64,000 nucleotides of DNA, taken from assembly GCA_964188305.1 (NCBI GenBank), contig OZ076887.1. One strand, written 5' to 3'. Source of the stretch: Podarcis bocagei. Lineage: Eukaryota. The stretch's first letter is position 1. Every line of letters begins with the position of its first letter. A program made the translations under genes and the position numbers. The notes under the pieces were generated by a model. That model saw only the letters and a program-made list of their open reading frames with translations, was not told where the DNA came from and searched no databases. Shown one piece after another: positions 48,636 to 61,284 of the stretch.

Positions 48636-51600
48636 TAGTTCCATTTGCTTCACCTCTCCCTCTAAAAAGCTCTGGTCAGTAGCTAAACATCTTATCCTCC
48701 CTGAGATTGAATTATTATCCCCTAGACCAGTGAAAGAAAAGCAGATAACAGGAAGAGTCCTCAAATAATTCCCACATGGTCAGCTTGTTATAGAAGGTTG
48801 GGGAGCTATTTCTATGGGGTTGGCTATGGCTGTAGAGGTGATAAGGAAAACATCATGGATTCTAACTTGCTTCCTTGGCTTCTGAGCTAGCTCTTAATAC
48901 ATACCACTACTTCCACATACATGGGTAGGAAATTGGATGCAATGTGCATTTTGTCTTGCTCTAGCAGCAGTTTTAACAAAAAACAACCCCAAAACAAACC
49001 ATTTTCTCTCTCATTACACTACCTTGGGTGAATTTGCACTTTACACTTTTTGAAGGAAATATTTCCCCCCCCCCCACACACACCCTCATGTCAAATTATT
49101 ATACCCTCAGCTCATTTTGGTTCCCGTAACAAAAATACAATTTCAAGCTTTCTGTATGAGACCATGACAAAGTGATTTTATAGCTAGTACTGAAAGTGAC
49201 TAAACTTGACAACAATTGTATTTTATGACAACCTCTGCTTTCATGTCCCCAGCCTACTTTCCTATCATCATTTTTATTCCCTTTTGGTTTTCTCTTCTCT
49301 CTCTCCTCCTTCCTCCCCTTTCCAAATGCGAGAAATTCCATATCTCTGCATTGGGTGGAAACAAATCCCTTTACCAGGAGTGCATTTTAATGGAGAGCAT
49401 GCTTCACTTAAGTCACCAGAACCTTAACTGTATAATATTCAATTTCTTACCAACCCAGAAGCAAAGCTTTTCCTTGAGAGCCATGTTCATAAGGGTAGTG
49501 GAAGAATTAGTATTACAGAACTAAATCAGATTAAAGTGGGGGGAGAGAATATGAATTAGATTTGTTAACAGATGGTGTGCATTGGAAATTAAAGGTGCTT
49601 TGCAAATGGAAGCGACAGCAGCTTGCCTCTTTTTCTCTTGGTCTTTCTCTTTCATGCACTTGATAGACGGGTATAAATCACAACAATCCCGTCTTGACAG
49701 CCAATTTTGAGAATTTGATCTGGTTAAAGACATGGCTTTCCCGCTCCACTCACTGAAACCGACTTCTATTTTATTTTTATACAGCACCTTGTCATATTTA
49801 GGAAAGCAGGATCACCTGTCTCCCTTTAATGAAATTTTCTTTAATTACAGTTATAGCTCTTTAGTGTTAATTACTTTTCCATTCAGGCTGAATTCTTAGC
49901 CAGTCTCATAGGAGTTTGTTTTCCCCCCACACTGACGCATATGCTACCATTTTCCTAAAGATGCTTTTCATTGTTAGAAGTTGTTGTCAGATCCATTCTA
50001 ATTAGTTCTTAATTATCTGAATCATTATTGTGTAAGGAGAAAGAATTGCAAATGACTGCTAAAGTTAGTGTCGTTTTTTTTTGTTTTAGTTTTACAAAGA
50101 AGCCTTTAAAAGTAGCACTCAGTGCTCTTGCCAGATCTGCGAAGAGCTTAATAAATTGCCAAAATTATTGCAGAGCTATTTGTAATGTCTTTGATCCCAG
50201 ATCTTTTTTTCTTCAGAGATCAGAATGTAATTCCAGACAATCTATTTGTTTATGTAAATGGATCTCTCCCATCACTCCCCTGGAAAGTAGATTTCAAATT
50301 CAGCCCTCTGGTGTGCTTAATAATATAATTCACTTATTGCATTTAATATGGCAAGTTTGCATTTGGCTGGAGTGGGCTGCATAATCTTGGTGAATGGCAG
50401 ACTTCTCCGAAGCTAGGGGAACAAACATGAAACAGAGTATTTGGGGAGGGGGGAGACAGAGAGAGAAATCCTCTTTCAAGAAGTGAAGACAAGATCCTTA
50501 GAGCTGGCAACTAACAGTTGGTGGAAATAAAGCTTCCTACTGGCAGTCAAATCAAATGTAGTAACAACTCACCGACTCCCTGCTGCTAGCTGACAGCATG
50601 GTGTAACACACTGGGACAAACATTCACTTAAACGTTGATTGCAGGAAAACTGTCATTTCACAACTTGCCAAGTGCTATTCTTCCTCCTTTTTCTCTTTTG
50701 AGAATGAGGACATGGGGCAAAGGGATTGGGGGAAGAAATTGGGATCAGCTGGAGGGAGACACATATTTTTTTCCTGCCTAAACTTTTTCTTCAATAGATA
50801 GCACAGTTATTTGTTGTTGGTTTAAACTGCTTTTTATATTGAGATTAAAAAGTTAGTTTTCTGTGTCGTCTGCAAAAAGGCTTTGTGAGATAAACACACC
50901 TGTTTGTGTGAAGACATTTATTCACACCCAGCTTATAGTTCTAAGAGACACAGCAGAAATCATTAAGTCAGATCACTGATAAAATCAACTTGAGTAGAAT
51001 AATTTCAATGAATATATTGTAGCAATCATTTTTAAAAAGATGGACTCTTGAGTCTGTTTAGAGATTCTTGGCTATATTTTCTCCTTTCTTTTATTGCTTC
51101 TTTCTTATTCCTTTTGAAAATGACAGACAAACAGTAGGCACTTATGATCCATAGCACCAGATTTGTGACTGGCACAAGTAACTGCTTTTGATGTTGTAAT
51201 CACTTCAATATAATCCTTATTTGAAAAGCCTGTTACGTCCTGGAACAAATCTTCCGTTATTTTTGTAGTATCTTTATTTTGTTTTCTGGACTGAATGCAG
51301 TGCCGACTTTCTTTCTACTATTTCAGTCAGCTTTAAGAATACCTCAGAATATAGTTTTTGATTATAATATTCCTTAAAAATTGTGCTTTCTCCAGGTGTG
51401 TGGGAGAGAGGGGCGGGATGGGGAGTTGCTAAGTGAAACAGTGTGCCTGGGGAGAGATGGGAGACAGACCAAGGTTGGTTGAAAACGGGCCAAAGCTTTC
51501 TTGCTTACAGCTTCCATGAATTTGCTGTGAAGCCATTTGGCCCTGCAATGCTGCTGACAGCTGAGTGGCCCCAGGAAGAGACTAACCCTGCTGGACAAAC

Positions 51601-54600
51601 AAGGGAGGAAAAGAGGCATAAGGCATTATATGCCATAGCCTGCTCATGCTTCCTATAGGCACCGATGTTGGGCTGTGTCTGGCATCCATTATAGACTGGC
51701 CGATGTGTCCAAATCTCAATATCCTTTAAGTGGTGATTTCTTTTGTTCCCCACTCGCCTCCAGCAAAACTCTATGGTCCCTGGCTAATGCACAGGTTGTG
51801 ATGCCATGAACATTACATAACAGCCGGACCAGATATTGGAAGTAAAGATCAGGTGGCAAAACGATCTGCTGAACCTCTGCCAAGACCAGACCCCCTTTTT
51901 TAATGAAGCAGAATAGTACCCATTTCAGTCTGCCCTGATAGTCCCACCCCACAGCCAAGCAACATGAAGCTTGTGGAGGGGAAGGTGTCCTAAGGTGATA
52001 TAGCCACCTGTCAAGTTCCATGGGAACTTGAGGCTTGCAGGGAAAGCTAACAGTGCCTGGTCAAGTGGAGAGTAGCTAGAAAAGGACCTTGGACAGCTCC
52101 AGTGATCCGTGCTGAAGCCACTCCAAGAAGTGTTGTCTCTCTAGGAAGCTAGAGCTGACTGAGGATTTGTGTATGTGGGCCAGACCTAAAGTGTGTTAGG
52201 ATCCACCTCTTTGGATGGTTGACTCGCTAAAGAACCCTTCCCTTATCTGTAACCTTTTGACTGGCAATGCAGGGGGCTCCTATGAATCAAAGGAAGGTGG
52301 CAGGACTGTGTTCTGCTGCTGGGATGGATCTGAATAAAGTACTGTTGGTTTTCTCCCCTCCCCCCCCCAAATATCTTGTCCTTATCCAGGGTTTGTCGTT
52401 ATCCAAGAGACTAGGAATGAGTCTCTTGCTGAGCATTGTGGACCACCATTTTCTCCCCAACACTTTATCCAGAGGGCTATTTTTATAATGCCGTACACAA
52501 TCGAAATGTTATGGAAGGATTGGAACACTCTTTGGTACCTGAATGCCTTGGAAAGTTGAACTGCTTTATTCAAAAAGGTGCAGGATTGACTCTTACAAAT
52601 ATGAAATCTTTTTCCTAGCTGCGAACTGGGCTCTGTTTACCTGTCATATTTTAGCATGTAATCGGATGTGAGTGACTCATGCCTTGAGTAAAAAATTCAA
52701 TGTGAAATATTGAAATGGAAATAGGAAAAATAGAATTTCACAGCTATTATATTTCTAAGCTACGGTTTAACTATAATTTTAGGAACTATGATTCTACATG
52801 TCCACTATTTTTACTTTAGTTTCGCTTTATGGCATATTGTAATTGAGGCACGAATCTTAAACAGATTCAGGAGTGACTAGGTTTGCACCTCCCACCAATA
52901 ACTCTTAATATGTTGTGTTCTTTTGAGCATGGGCTAGTTTTATACTCATTTTTATGTCTCATTTTTATATAGATCCCCAGTCTGCTTCCTATGTATAAGC
53001 TGTATTGCAGGGGTAAGCAGAGTGTTTTTTTTTATTCAGAGCTGCTGTGGAAATATTTAGCCTCCAATTTTTAAAAATGTAACTCCTTGTTTGGTGAAGC
53101 TGCAATTTTGCTTGATATTAAAAGCTTCTGTCCTGAATATGACAGGGTTTCTCAAAATCTAAAAGACCAAGAATAATGACTGAAAAGTAGAAGTCATGAA
53201 ACCTACAAAAAATATTATGGTTTTTTTTTAAAAAAATGAGTGACATTGTTGGTGTCACAGCACTGGGTTGGTTTTTTTTAAAGAGGACTTTAAAAACAAG
53301 AACATGGGGAAAATTAAATTCCTTTCATGGCAAGGGATGTGCGTATGTTTTCATATATGTATGTGTATGCGTGCAAAAATGCAAATACACTTACAAGTTA
53401 TCACTCCTTAAAACAAAAAATCATTTTGGACACTGGCAGGTTTTAAAGTTAACTGTCATCCACTTCTGGTCATCAATTGTCAACATTCATTTTGAGAGCC
53501 TGAACACCAAATTGTCTGAATACAAATGTACATCCCTGTGTTGAGCCATACTTCTTTTTGAAAGACTTGATACTTGTAGAAATTAGTTATTTGGGTTTTT
53601 TCTCAAAAAGCTTAAGAGAATGTTTCTTAGTAGTTCATGAAATTGTTACAACTGAATTCTCTCTGTGTGTATGTATTCAAATAAAAAAAAACACACACAT
53701 ACACACACACATGTGAAAATTGATACTACTAATTTAGTTTTTTCAAATACTGTATATTTTCCTTACCTTTGAATTTTTTTAAAAAAACAATAACACGTGT
53801 CATATCTACATGTGTAGGACATACTGAAAAGTGACTTAATTTTAATGTCTCTCACTCACATACCTGTCAAGGGTATAAGGCCATGTAATCTTGTTTTGTT
53901 TCGTTTTGGGTGGTAGAAGAACATTTACCTTCCACTGCCTGCCAGTGCTGCTAATGTTGACCCCACAAGCAAAAATCTAGCAGCATGTCATGGCCTTTAA
54001 AGATCCATCAGCTTTGTCTACTGCAGAAACAGTGCATGTCTAAAGACACATTTAATTAAAGCTGCATTAGTGCATATATACAGACTTGTTAAAACACTTA
54101 GTTTGTCTCAATAATATTGATTAAATAGCAGTAGTTTGTTTAATCCAAGTGTATTTTTTCAATTATTACATTACTTAAAAGTCATCAGGGTAATGGTGAT
54201 TACTAGTGAAATATCATGTTAGTTATAGAGTAATGCCATAAGAATTGATTTGGACTTGGCAGGAAAGAAAGGCACATACATTCTCTCTGTCATATAATGC
54301 CAGAGCCCGATTTAGATGATTAGGACAAGAGGTTTCTGTGTAGCCTTAATTCATATAAAATGTGTGTGTTTTATAGACTTACAGGTTGCTCTCTACTACC
54401 TAAATAGCCATTATATCAATGAACACCTCAGCCAGTTAATTATGCAAAACATCCTGTATATAATTACATGGTATTATTATGCATTTAATCGTTTTATTGA
54501 TTTGCCACTTGCCTACATATAGTATTTAGAACTATAAACAAGGGGTGCTTACTTTGAATTGGAATAGACCCAAGGAAATTAACGCAAGGTAAATTATGCT

Positions 54601-56179
54601 GGTTTGCATTTACTGCTTCTGATTTAATCCTTGTGTGTTGTAATATAGTCCTCGTTTGCAGAATCATGTGATGTCACCAGGACCATTTCATTTCTTTTCC
54701 CATTTTTGAGAGATTGATTCGTCAATGCTTTTTTAAGATGGTCCTTGTGTGCACACTATTACCTTGGGTTTTTTATTTATTTGGGGAGCAATTTGCTTGG
54801 AAGTGCTCCCACATTAAGTTAGTGCACTATATTTAATAGAAGAAGAGGAAGGAGAGAACAGGGTCAAGAGGATAGGTTTTCAAACATTTTCTTCACTGTG
54901 TGTCCTTTTTCTGTGACACATTCCCCCCCCCCCTTGCCAGTTATCTGCAGCATGGCTATTACCGTGAAGGGATATCTCTTTCTTTACCACTTCTTCCTTC
55001 ACCGCAGTTGGTGCCAAGGGATGTTGTAGGCTCTCCCCCCAAGAACAAAAGCAACATAAATTTTCAAGACGATGGAAGTAAATTTTACAGACAAAATAAG
55101 AAAAAAAGCCTATTTTTAGTTGCAAATTGCTTCTTATTAATCTCTGTGCAGATGTTATTTAAAGTAATGAAATACGCTTTTGACTGTCATTTATATAGGC
55201 CAGAATTACTTCTGATTATTTTACTATTAATGGCCTCTTCCATTAGGTTAACCAGGCACACCTCAAGATATTTCTTATTAAAAGGGAAAAATATCCTTTT
55301 CTATTCCTTTTCCAACTAAGCCAGTGCACCTTAATGCAATGATGATATGTTAGACGCAGCAGTTGTCAAAGCATCGTATTACAGTGATGCCATAATGACA
55401 CCCTGTCTCTGTAAAGTAGTCATGTTTTCTCAAATCACACGTTGCACCGTTGATTTCTGACATGACACTTCATTCAGTCGCTTTCCTTTTCTTCGGCGTT
55501 GCCATTCTCTGACAATAGCAGCTGGTGCCCATTTTCCTGCTAAGTGATTCACATTTTGCCACTTTGCTAGAGTGCAATTAGCTGAGGCAGAAAAAAGTGC
55601 TCATTGTAAAATAGCTCAGCTGAGATTGTAACTCAACTCAGTAACGAGAGCTTGTGCGAGAGAGTCTTGAGGTGACTTGGGTGTCGGAGAAGGGGGAGCA
55701 ATGTGTTTGGGTTTCCTTCCACACAAATATTTATTCTCATTTATAGTCAGAAAAAGAATATACAAATAATTTCTGGGTTTTGCTGGCTTTGCTAAAGCAC
55801 TGATTGTACTTTTAGGGTCGTAAAATCTTTTGAAATGGAGGCAACAGGTATATGTGAGGAAACTAATGGTTTTGTTATTAAAGACCAGATTTCAAAAGAA
55901 AAGGAACCGGATTCGAGTTCTGCCTTCCTTGTCAAAGTTTAAATTGGAAGCTCACTAGAAACAGATACCTTGTTTGAGAGGAAGAGGTTTCTTTGATTAT
56001 GAAACACTATAAAACGCTGATATCCACATGCACACCATTCCAAGCCTGCTTAGCTGATTTGTTGCTGCTTTGGGGCTGCAGGGGGTCGGGAGGAGAGGAA
56101 GGGGAAGTCCTGTTGCATGAGTGGAAGTATGTTCTGCTCCTGAAAACACACAACTGAGTATCACCCACTATGTATATCA

Positions 56180-56380
56180 GGAGGGGAAAACCTATGGGCC
56201 TCCAGATGTTGTTGGACTACAACTCCATAATTCTTGACGCTGGCAGTGCTGGCAGTGCTGACTGTGGCTGATGGGAGATCATAGAATCATAGAATCATAG
56301 AGTTGGAAGAGACCACAAGGGCCATCGAGTCCAACCCCCTGCCAAGCAGGAATTCAATATAGGGACGGCCACATCCCTAA
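56180..56380. mobile_element. Same hAT-like MITE family, interrupted by the CR1 tail
   Basis: cctccagatgttgttggactacaactcc...ggctgatgggag, then CR1. Confidence 0.65.
56278..56352 (-). mobile_element. CR1 LINE 3' end
   Basis: (CATAGAAT)n is the reverse of the CR1 (ATTCTATG)n octamer tail, followed by typical CR1 3'UTR sequence; interrupts a hairpin MITE. Confidence 0.85.
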
Positions 56381-59259
56381 TACGTATATATTGATCATGC
56401 TATAGAAATAAAAATAATGGTATTGTTTTGTAATTTACGCCCAATCCTAAAAACACCATCCTAGAAGTTGGATTCATTTTAATTGAATATCATTTCCATG
56501 TAAGATTCTAGAGAGAGTAGTCCTTTGAAAATGGAAACATTTTGTCCAGGATTATTGCAAAACTTTGACCCAAATAGCTATAGCACTACAGCTAAAACTC
56601 TGGTCCATTTTCATTGTACTTTCCTGGAAATAGGGTTGTGTTGTTTTTTTTACTAGCCAAATCCTAAATATGGAACTTACTGCCACATAATGAGGTCAGA
56701 ATAAAGCTGTGAGCCAGGATGCTTAATATTCCTAGTATTCCATAAGAACCTGGCTGAAAAAAGGGATTATGCATCTGCTGAGCTCTGTGCTCTTGCATGT
56801 GTGTTTAATTAATTTCAAAATTGACTTGCTCAATGGGTTTCTTGGCCCTAGCCTTATAGTGACCAGTGGCCATTCATCATAGCTATCAAAGTGAAAAACT
56901 AAAATCTTTAGCAGCTTTTATTAAGAAAATTTAGAAATGTGCTGTGGCATGCAATATTAGTATTTTGTTTGTTGTAGGGATTTAAGTAGGGGAGGTTGCT
57001 AACTGTCTTGGTATGCAGTTGGAGGCTATGAACTCCCATTACACAGATAAAAGATCTACTTTACTTCAAATTAACCCTACCCCACATCCCAGTCTATGGG
57101 GCTGTGACCAGACACTTTTCTGTAATAAAAAGGGATAGGCATTTTTTTAAAAAAAAGAATCTCAAGTATAGAAAGGCATCCCTATAAATTTAGGTATATA
57201 TGAAAATTACTTACCTGTATTTCTTGACAGAGAAAAGAGATGTATTCTCCAGGTTGTTTGCTTAACGTACCTTCTCTCAGAAAAAAACAAACAAACATGC
57301 ATATATGTGACACTTCACAAGCTGCTTTTTCATGCATTTGCCCTACAAATGTCCACCATCCTTTCTGCAAGATGGGCTCAGCCCTTAGGTACACCTGAAG
57401 AACAATTGGAGTTACCAGCCAATTGAATAAAAACAATAATAAAGAGGAAAATAATCCTACCATGGCTTTAAAATAAATATTGTACACTTAAATATGACAC
57501 ATGTAATTTCTCATTGTAAACGTTAACTACATTTAGATTTTTATTAATCTGCTGTGACCTAAAAAAAAAAAAAATCTGTATTAACAGCACAATGTGGAAT
57601 TGGACTTTGAATGCAGATAAAGCCATCATCTTGAGAATAGCTCTTTCTGACAAAAAGGTGTTCTTTTGAAATAAAGTCCTATTCACTACATTCCTCTTAG
57701 AGTTAATGTGAATTTTAGTGCCTCTAATTTAAGATTGAAGTGAGGTCTAGAATAAAAATCACCGGCTGACAATTGAATTATAGACAGTTGTGAATATTTC
57801 AGGCTTGCATAAAAGAGCTTCAGAAAATCATGCACACAGAGAAAGAGGGAATTAAGGTTGAACTAGTTTTTTGGAATATGGTAATTGTGGCACCAGTACG
57901 TCTTCAGTGTAATGAGCTAAGTAGTAATTAGGAAGCAACTGTTTTCCTTTAGAGGTCTTTTAAAAAAATTAAAATCTGCCCAGCAATAGTGGACTCAAGT
58001 GATGAGTGCTAACTCTATTGTAGCAAAGTTGAAACCTAATTGGGCAACCCTTCCCAATATATGGCAAACGAGGACTGAGCTCACTCAGTGACCATAGCAG
58101 GTAGAAAGGAAAAATGGAAAACATCGGGGTGGGAGTGGATTGCCCTACATGGAAGTAGTATGTGCCAAAATTTTCTCTTTAAAAATTAAAAAACTCCACC
58201 AATTGATAAAAATAAATTACATTAAATTATCAAAAGGTAAAGAAAATTTGAGTGAAATTGTCACAGCTGAACTGCATTGATTTGTTGCTGTGCTTAATTT
58301 GTTTTTAAGATGGTCAAGGGATATTTGTGACCGAGTGCCTCATTACATTCACAAATAATCTTTGGCACTCTCTGCCATGCAGCCTTCCCAGGTGCCCAAT
58401 CTTCCTGAAAACTTCATCATCTTCTTGACTTCCCTTTCCAGCAAGCATGGGAAGGTAGGGAGACTGCTTGCTATGTCTCTGAGAAGTGTTGCTCTCTGTT
58501 TTTAAAGAGTGAAGACCTTTAGGTTTTTAAAGAAATCAGTGTGGAAATATTTTTTAAAAGGTGAAAGAAAGGAGTTCTCTTCAAAAAACAAAGTCAGCAA
58601 ATGTATTCCTCTGAGGTGCTGGGTAGCCAGCCTCCCTGGCTTCCTATGAGTCATTTGATGCCCGGCGGAAGACATCATGAGGTAAATCCTTCCATGGGCT
58701 TTTTCAGATCAGAAAGTGCAGACAGCTGGGGAAGCTGCATGGAGAAATGTTTAATGGAAAGAAAAATACATACACCACAATTGGCCACCTCACAACAATA
58801 AGGTAAGCTCAACACTGCACTCACTGAAATATGTGTGTGTACGCATGTGTGCACGCCCTGAAAAGAGGCAGAAAAATGGAAGCTTTATCTGCAGGGAAAG
58901 ACAGCTTTCAGGAAATTGGAAGACAAGCTTTGGCACAGTGGTAGCTGGAACCTTGAACAGAAGCACCCATGTTCAACATTGCAACATTTTGTTCCACTTA
59001 GTTATTCCAGACATAGATTCTCCTTCCTCTCTGTGTTCTTCCTTATAATAATTAACAATGACAACAAAAAATATCCTTAGTTGCACCATCTACCTTGTTT
59101 TGAGTCATGTTTGGTCCTATTCTCCCGGGAACTAAGCCAAGTTTTCATTCATTGACATAATTTGTGTTCCTTTTTCCTTTCTGTGCAGTGGTGGTTGTTG
59201 ATTTTGAACCTGCCTGCACCTGCAGCCATAGACATGGTCAGATAAAACTTAAGTTAGTA

Positions 59260-59488
59260 CAGTGGTACCTCAGGTTACAAATGCTCCAGCTTACAAACAC
59301 TTTGGGTTACAAACTCCGCTAACCCGGAAATAGTACCTCAGGTCGAGAACTTTGCCCGAGGATGAGAACGGAAATAATGGGGGGTGGGGGGAGGCCCCGT
59401 TAGCAAAAGCGCACCTCAGGTTAAGAATGGTTTCGGGTTAAGAACAGACCTCCGGAACAAATTAAGTTTGTAACCCGAGGTACCACTG
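59260..59488 (+). mobile_element. Tc1/mariner-type MITE, diverged/intermediate subfamily
   Basis: TIRs CAGTGGTACCTC/GAGGTACCACTG with TA TSD; shortened centre. Confidence 0.9.
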
Positions 59489-59984
59489 TACTAAGAAATC
59501 ACAACTTCAAAGATACTGGGAGTTTGTAGTCTTAATAATTACCAGGTCCCATGTTGATGACATCTTGCTCTTTCTAAGATGATGGCTAATATTTTGGTTC
59601 TTACATCATGGGCATGGGAAAAGAGAACAGGTACCAGTATGTATTTGGGAAGTTAATCAGTGTGCAATTTACTGGAGTTGCAAAACCACACTTGTAAATT
59701 AAAGGTAATTCTGCAAGCTATACTTCAATAACTTTTTGTGAAATCACAACAGAGAGGAGTTATAGTAAGAAGGGGGAAGCACCATCTGTGACATTGTATG
59801 GGTGGTGCCAGAATGAGCTGCAACTTGATCAAATACTTCATTGAAACGATAGTTAAAGAGAACAGCAACTTTCTGGCAAACTCTCACTGTGGACTAATCA
59901 CCAAGTACTGCATGGCTAAGAAATAACTACAGTCTGCAGCAGTTATAACCCTGATATCTTATTTCATTGGATCATCATCATATT

Positions 59985-60135
59985 GATATGCCACCCATCT
60001 GAGTGGGTTGCCCCAGCCTCTCTGTGCATGTCCCAACAAAATATTAAAAACATAATAAAACATCAGCCATTAAAAACTTCCCTGTACAGGACTGCCTTCA
60101 GGTGTCTTCTAAAAGTCATATAGTTTTTTATCTGT
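59985..60135 (-). mobile_element. L2-type LINE 3' UTR fragment
   Basis: ccacccatctg...ccccagcc...ccaacaaaa motif shared with 63020-63098. Confidence 0.6.
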
Positions 60136-61165
60136 TTGTTATTGGTAGATTATGATTAAATTTTCAAACAATTCTCTCACAGTTAAATAAAATATATGTT
60201 GGGATATGGGGCTGGTGCCGTGGGGGGAAAGGCCGTGTACTACCTGTATAACTTCTCATTTCAGTCACAGATCATAATGTATGTGAGAGCTATCCAGTAA
60301 TTATAAGGTAAAAAGTTGAGCAGTGGTATAAGTACTCTAAATTAAAAGGAATTCATAGAGTTGCCGTAAGTCAGCACTGATCCACTTTTTTCAAATGTGG
60401 ACTTGAGAAAAGTGCTTAGCCAGGAGTGGAAGGTGAGAGTCAAGAGAGCTATTTATTAATTATGACAATACAAGGCAGCAGATGCAGAAGAAAAGACAGG
60501 GTCCCCTCCTGGTTGTTGTTGTTGTTTTAAAAAAAGCTTTCTGTCTTATAGGGTACTATAATTATTTTACTTATCTTTATCATTGTAATAGTCACTCAGA
60601 TATTTGTCTAATGGCTTTTAGATCTTCAAGGCAAACTTTTCTTTTGACTAGTAACATAATTCTCAATATTTACATTGTCAGCTGTGATTTATTTTGCCCA
60701 AGTTCTTTTAGTTGTCAATCCACTTGGGGGCAGAGGGTGGGAAGTCTGTCTACTATAAGTGCTCCAGTTTCAAACTACAAGGGCATGTAAAGAAATATTG
60801 TCTGTGGCTGCCACTCACCTCTGGAACTACCTTCTCCCAGAGAATCTCCATCAAAGTTTAAGCCTTTATGTGTTCTAGAGTTCTTGCTTCTGGTGGCAAA
60901 GGGTCAAACTGATGCTAAACTTGTAGTTCCATGAACCTTTTTTTAAAAATGCAAATAGCAGCTGCAGGTTTCTTTGGGCAAGAGTGGCACCACAACATAT
61001 GGGTATTGGAAATTTGCCTCTTCACCCTTGCTATGGTTCCAGCAAGAATTACTCTACTCCCAAAAGCTTCTATTGGCAATGAGAGGAAAGCTCCCATTGG
61101 CACCAATGGATGCTTTTCAGTGCCAGTAGTAGCTTGGAGGGACAACTGTCAAAGCTGCTGCAGCA

Positions 61166-61284
61166 GGGCCTCCAGCTGTTTTGGGACTACAACTCCCATC
61201 ATCCCTAGCCAACAGGACCAGTGGTCAGGGATGATGGGAATTGTAGTCCCAAAACAGCCGGAGGGCCAAGTTTGGCCATCACTG
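61166..61284. mobile_element. Palindromic hAT-like MITE (ggactacaactcccatcatc family), left end truncated
   Basis: 37-bp inverted arms at 61170-61206 and 61227-61263 with 2 mismatches. Confidence 0.8.

Noticed and set aside
54900-55319. Longest gap-free ORF (139 aa)
   Set aside because: Non-ATG start, low-complexity hydrophobic composition typical of AT-rich non-coding DNA, no recognisable homology.
61166-61284. Long hairpin resembling a pre-miRNA
   Set aside because: Member of a multi-copy palindromic MITE family (other copies at ~41.0, 46.3 and 56.2 kb); no evidence of processing.
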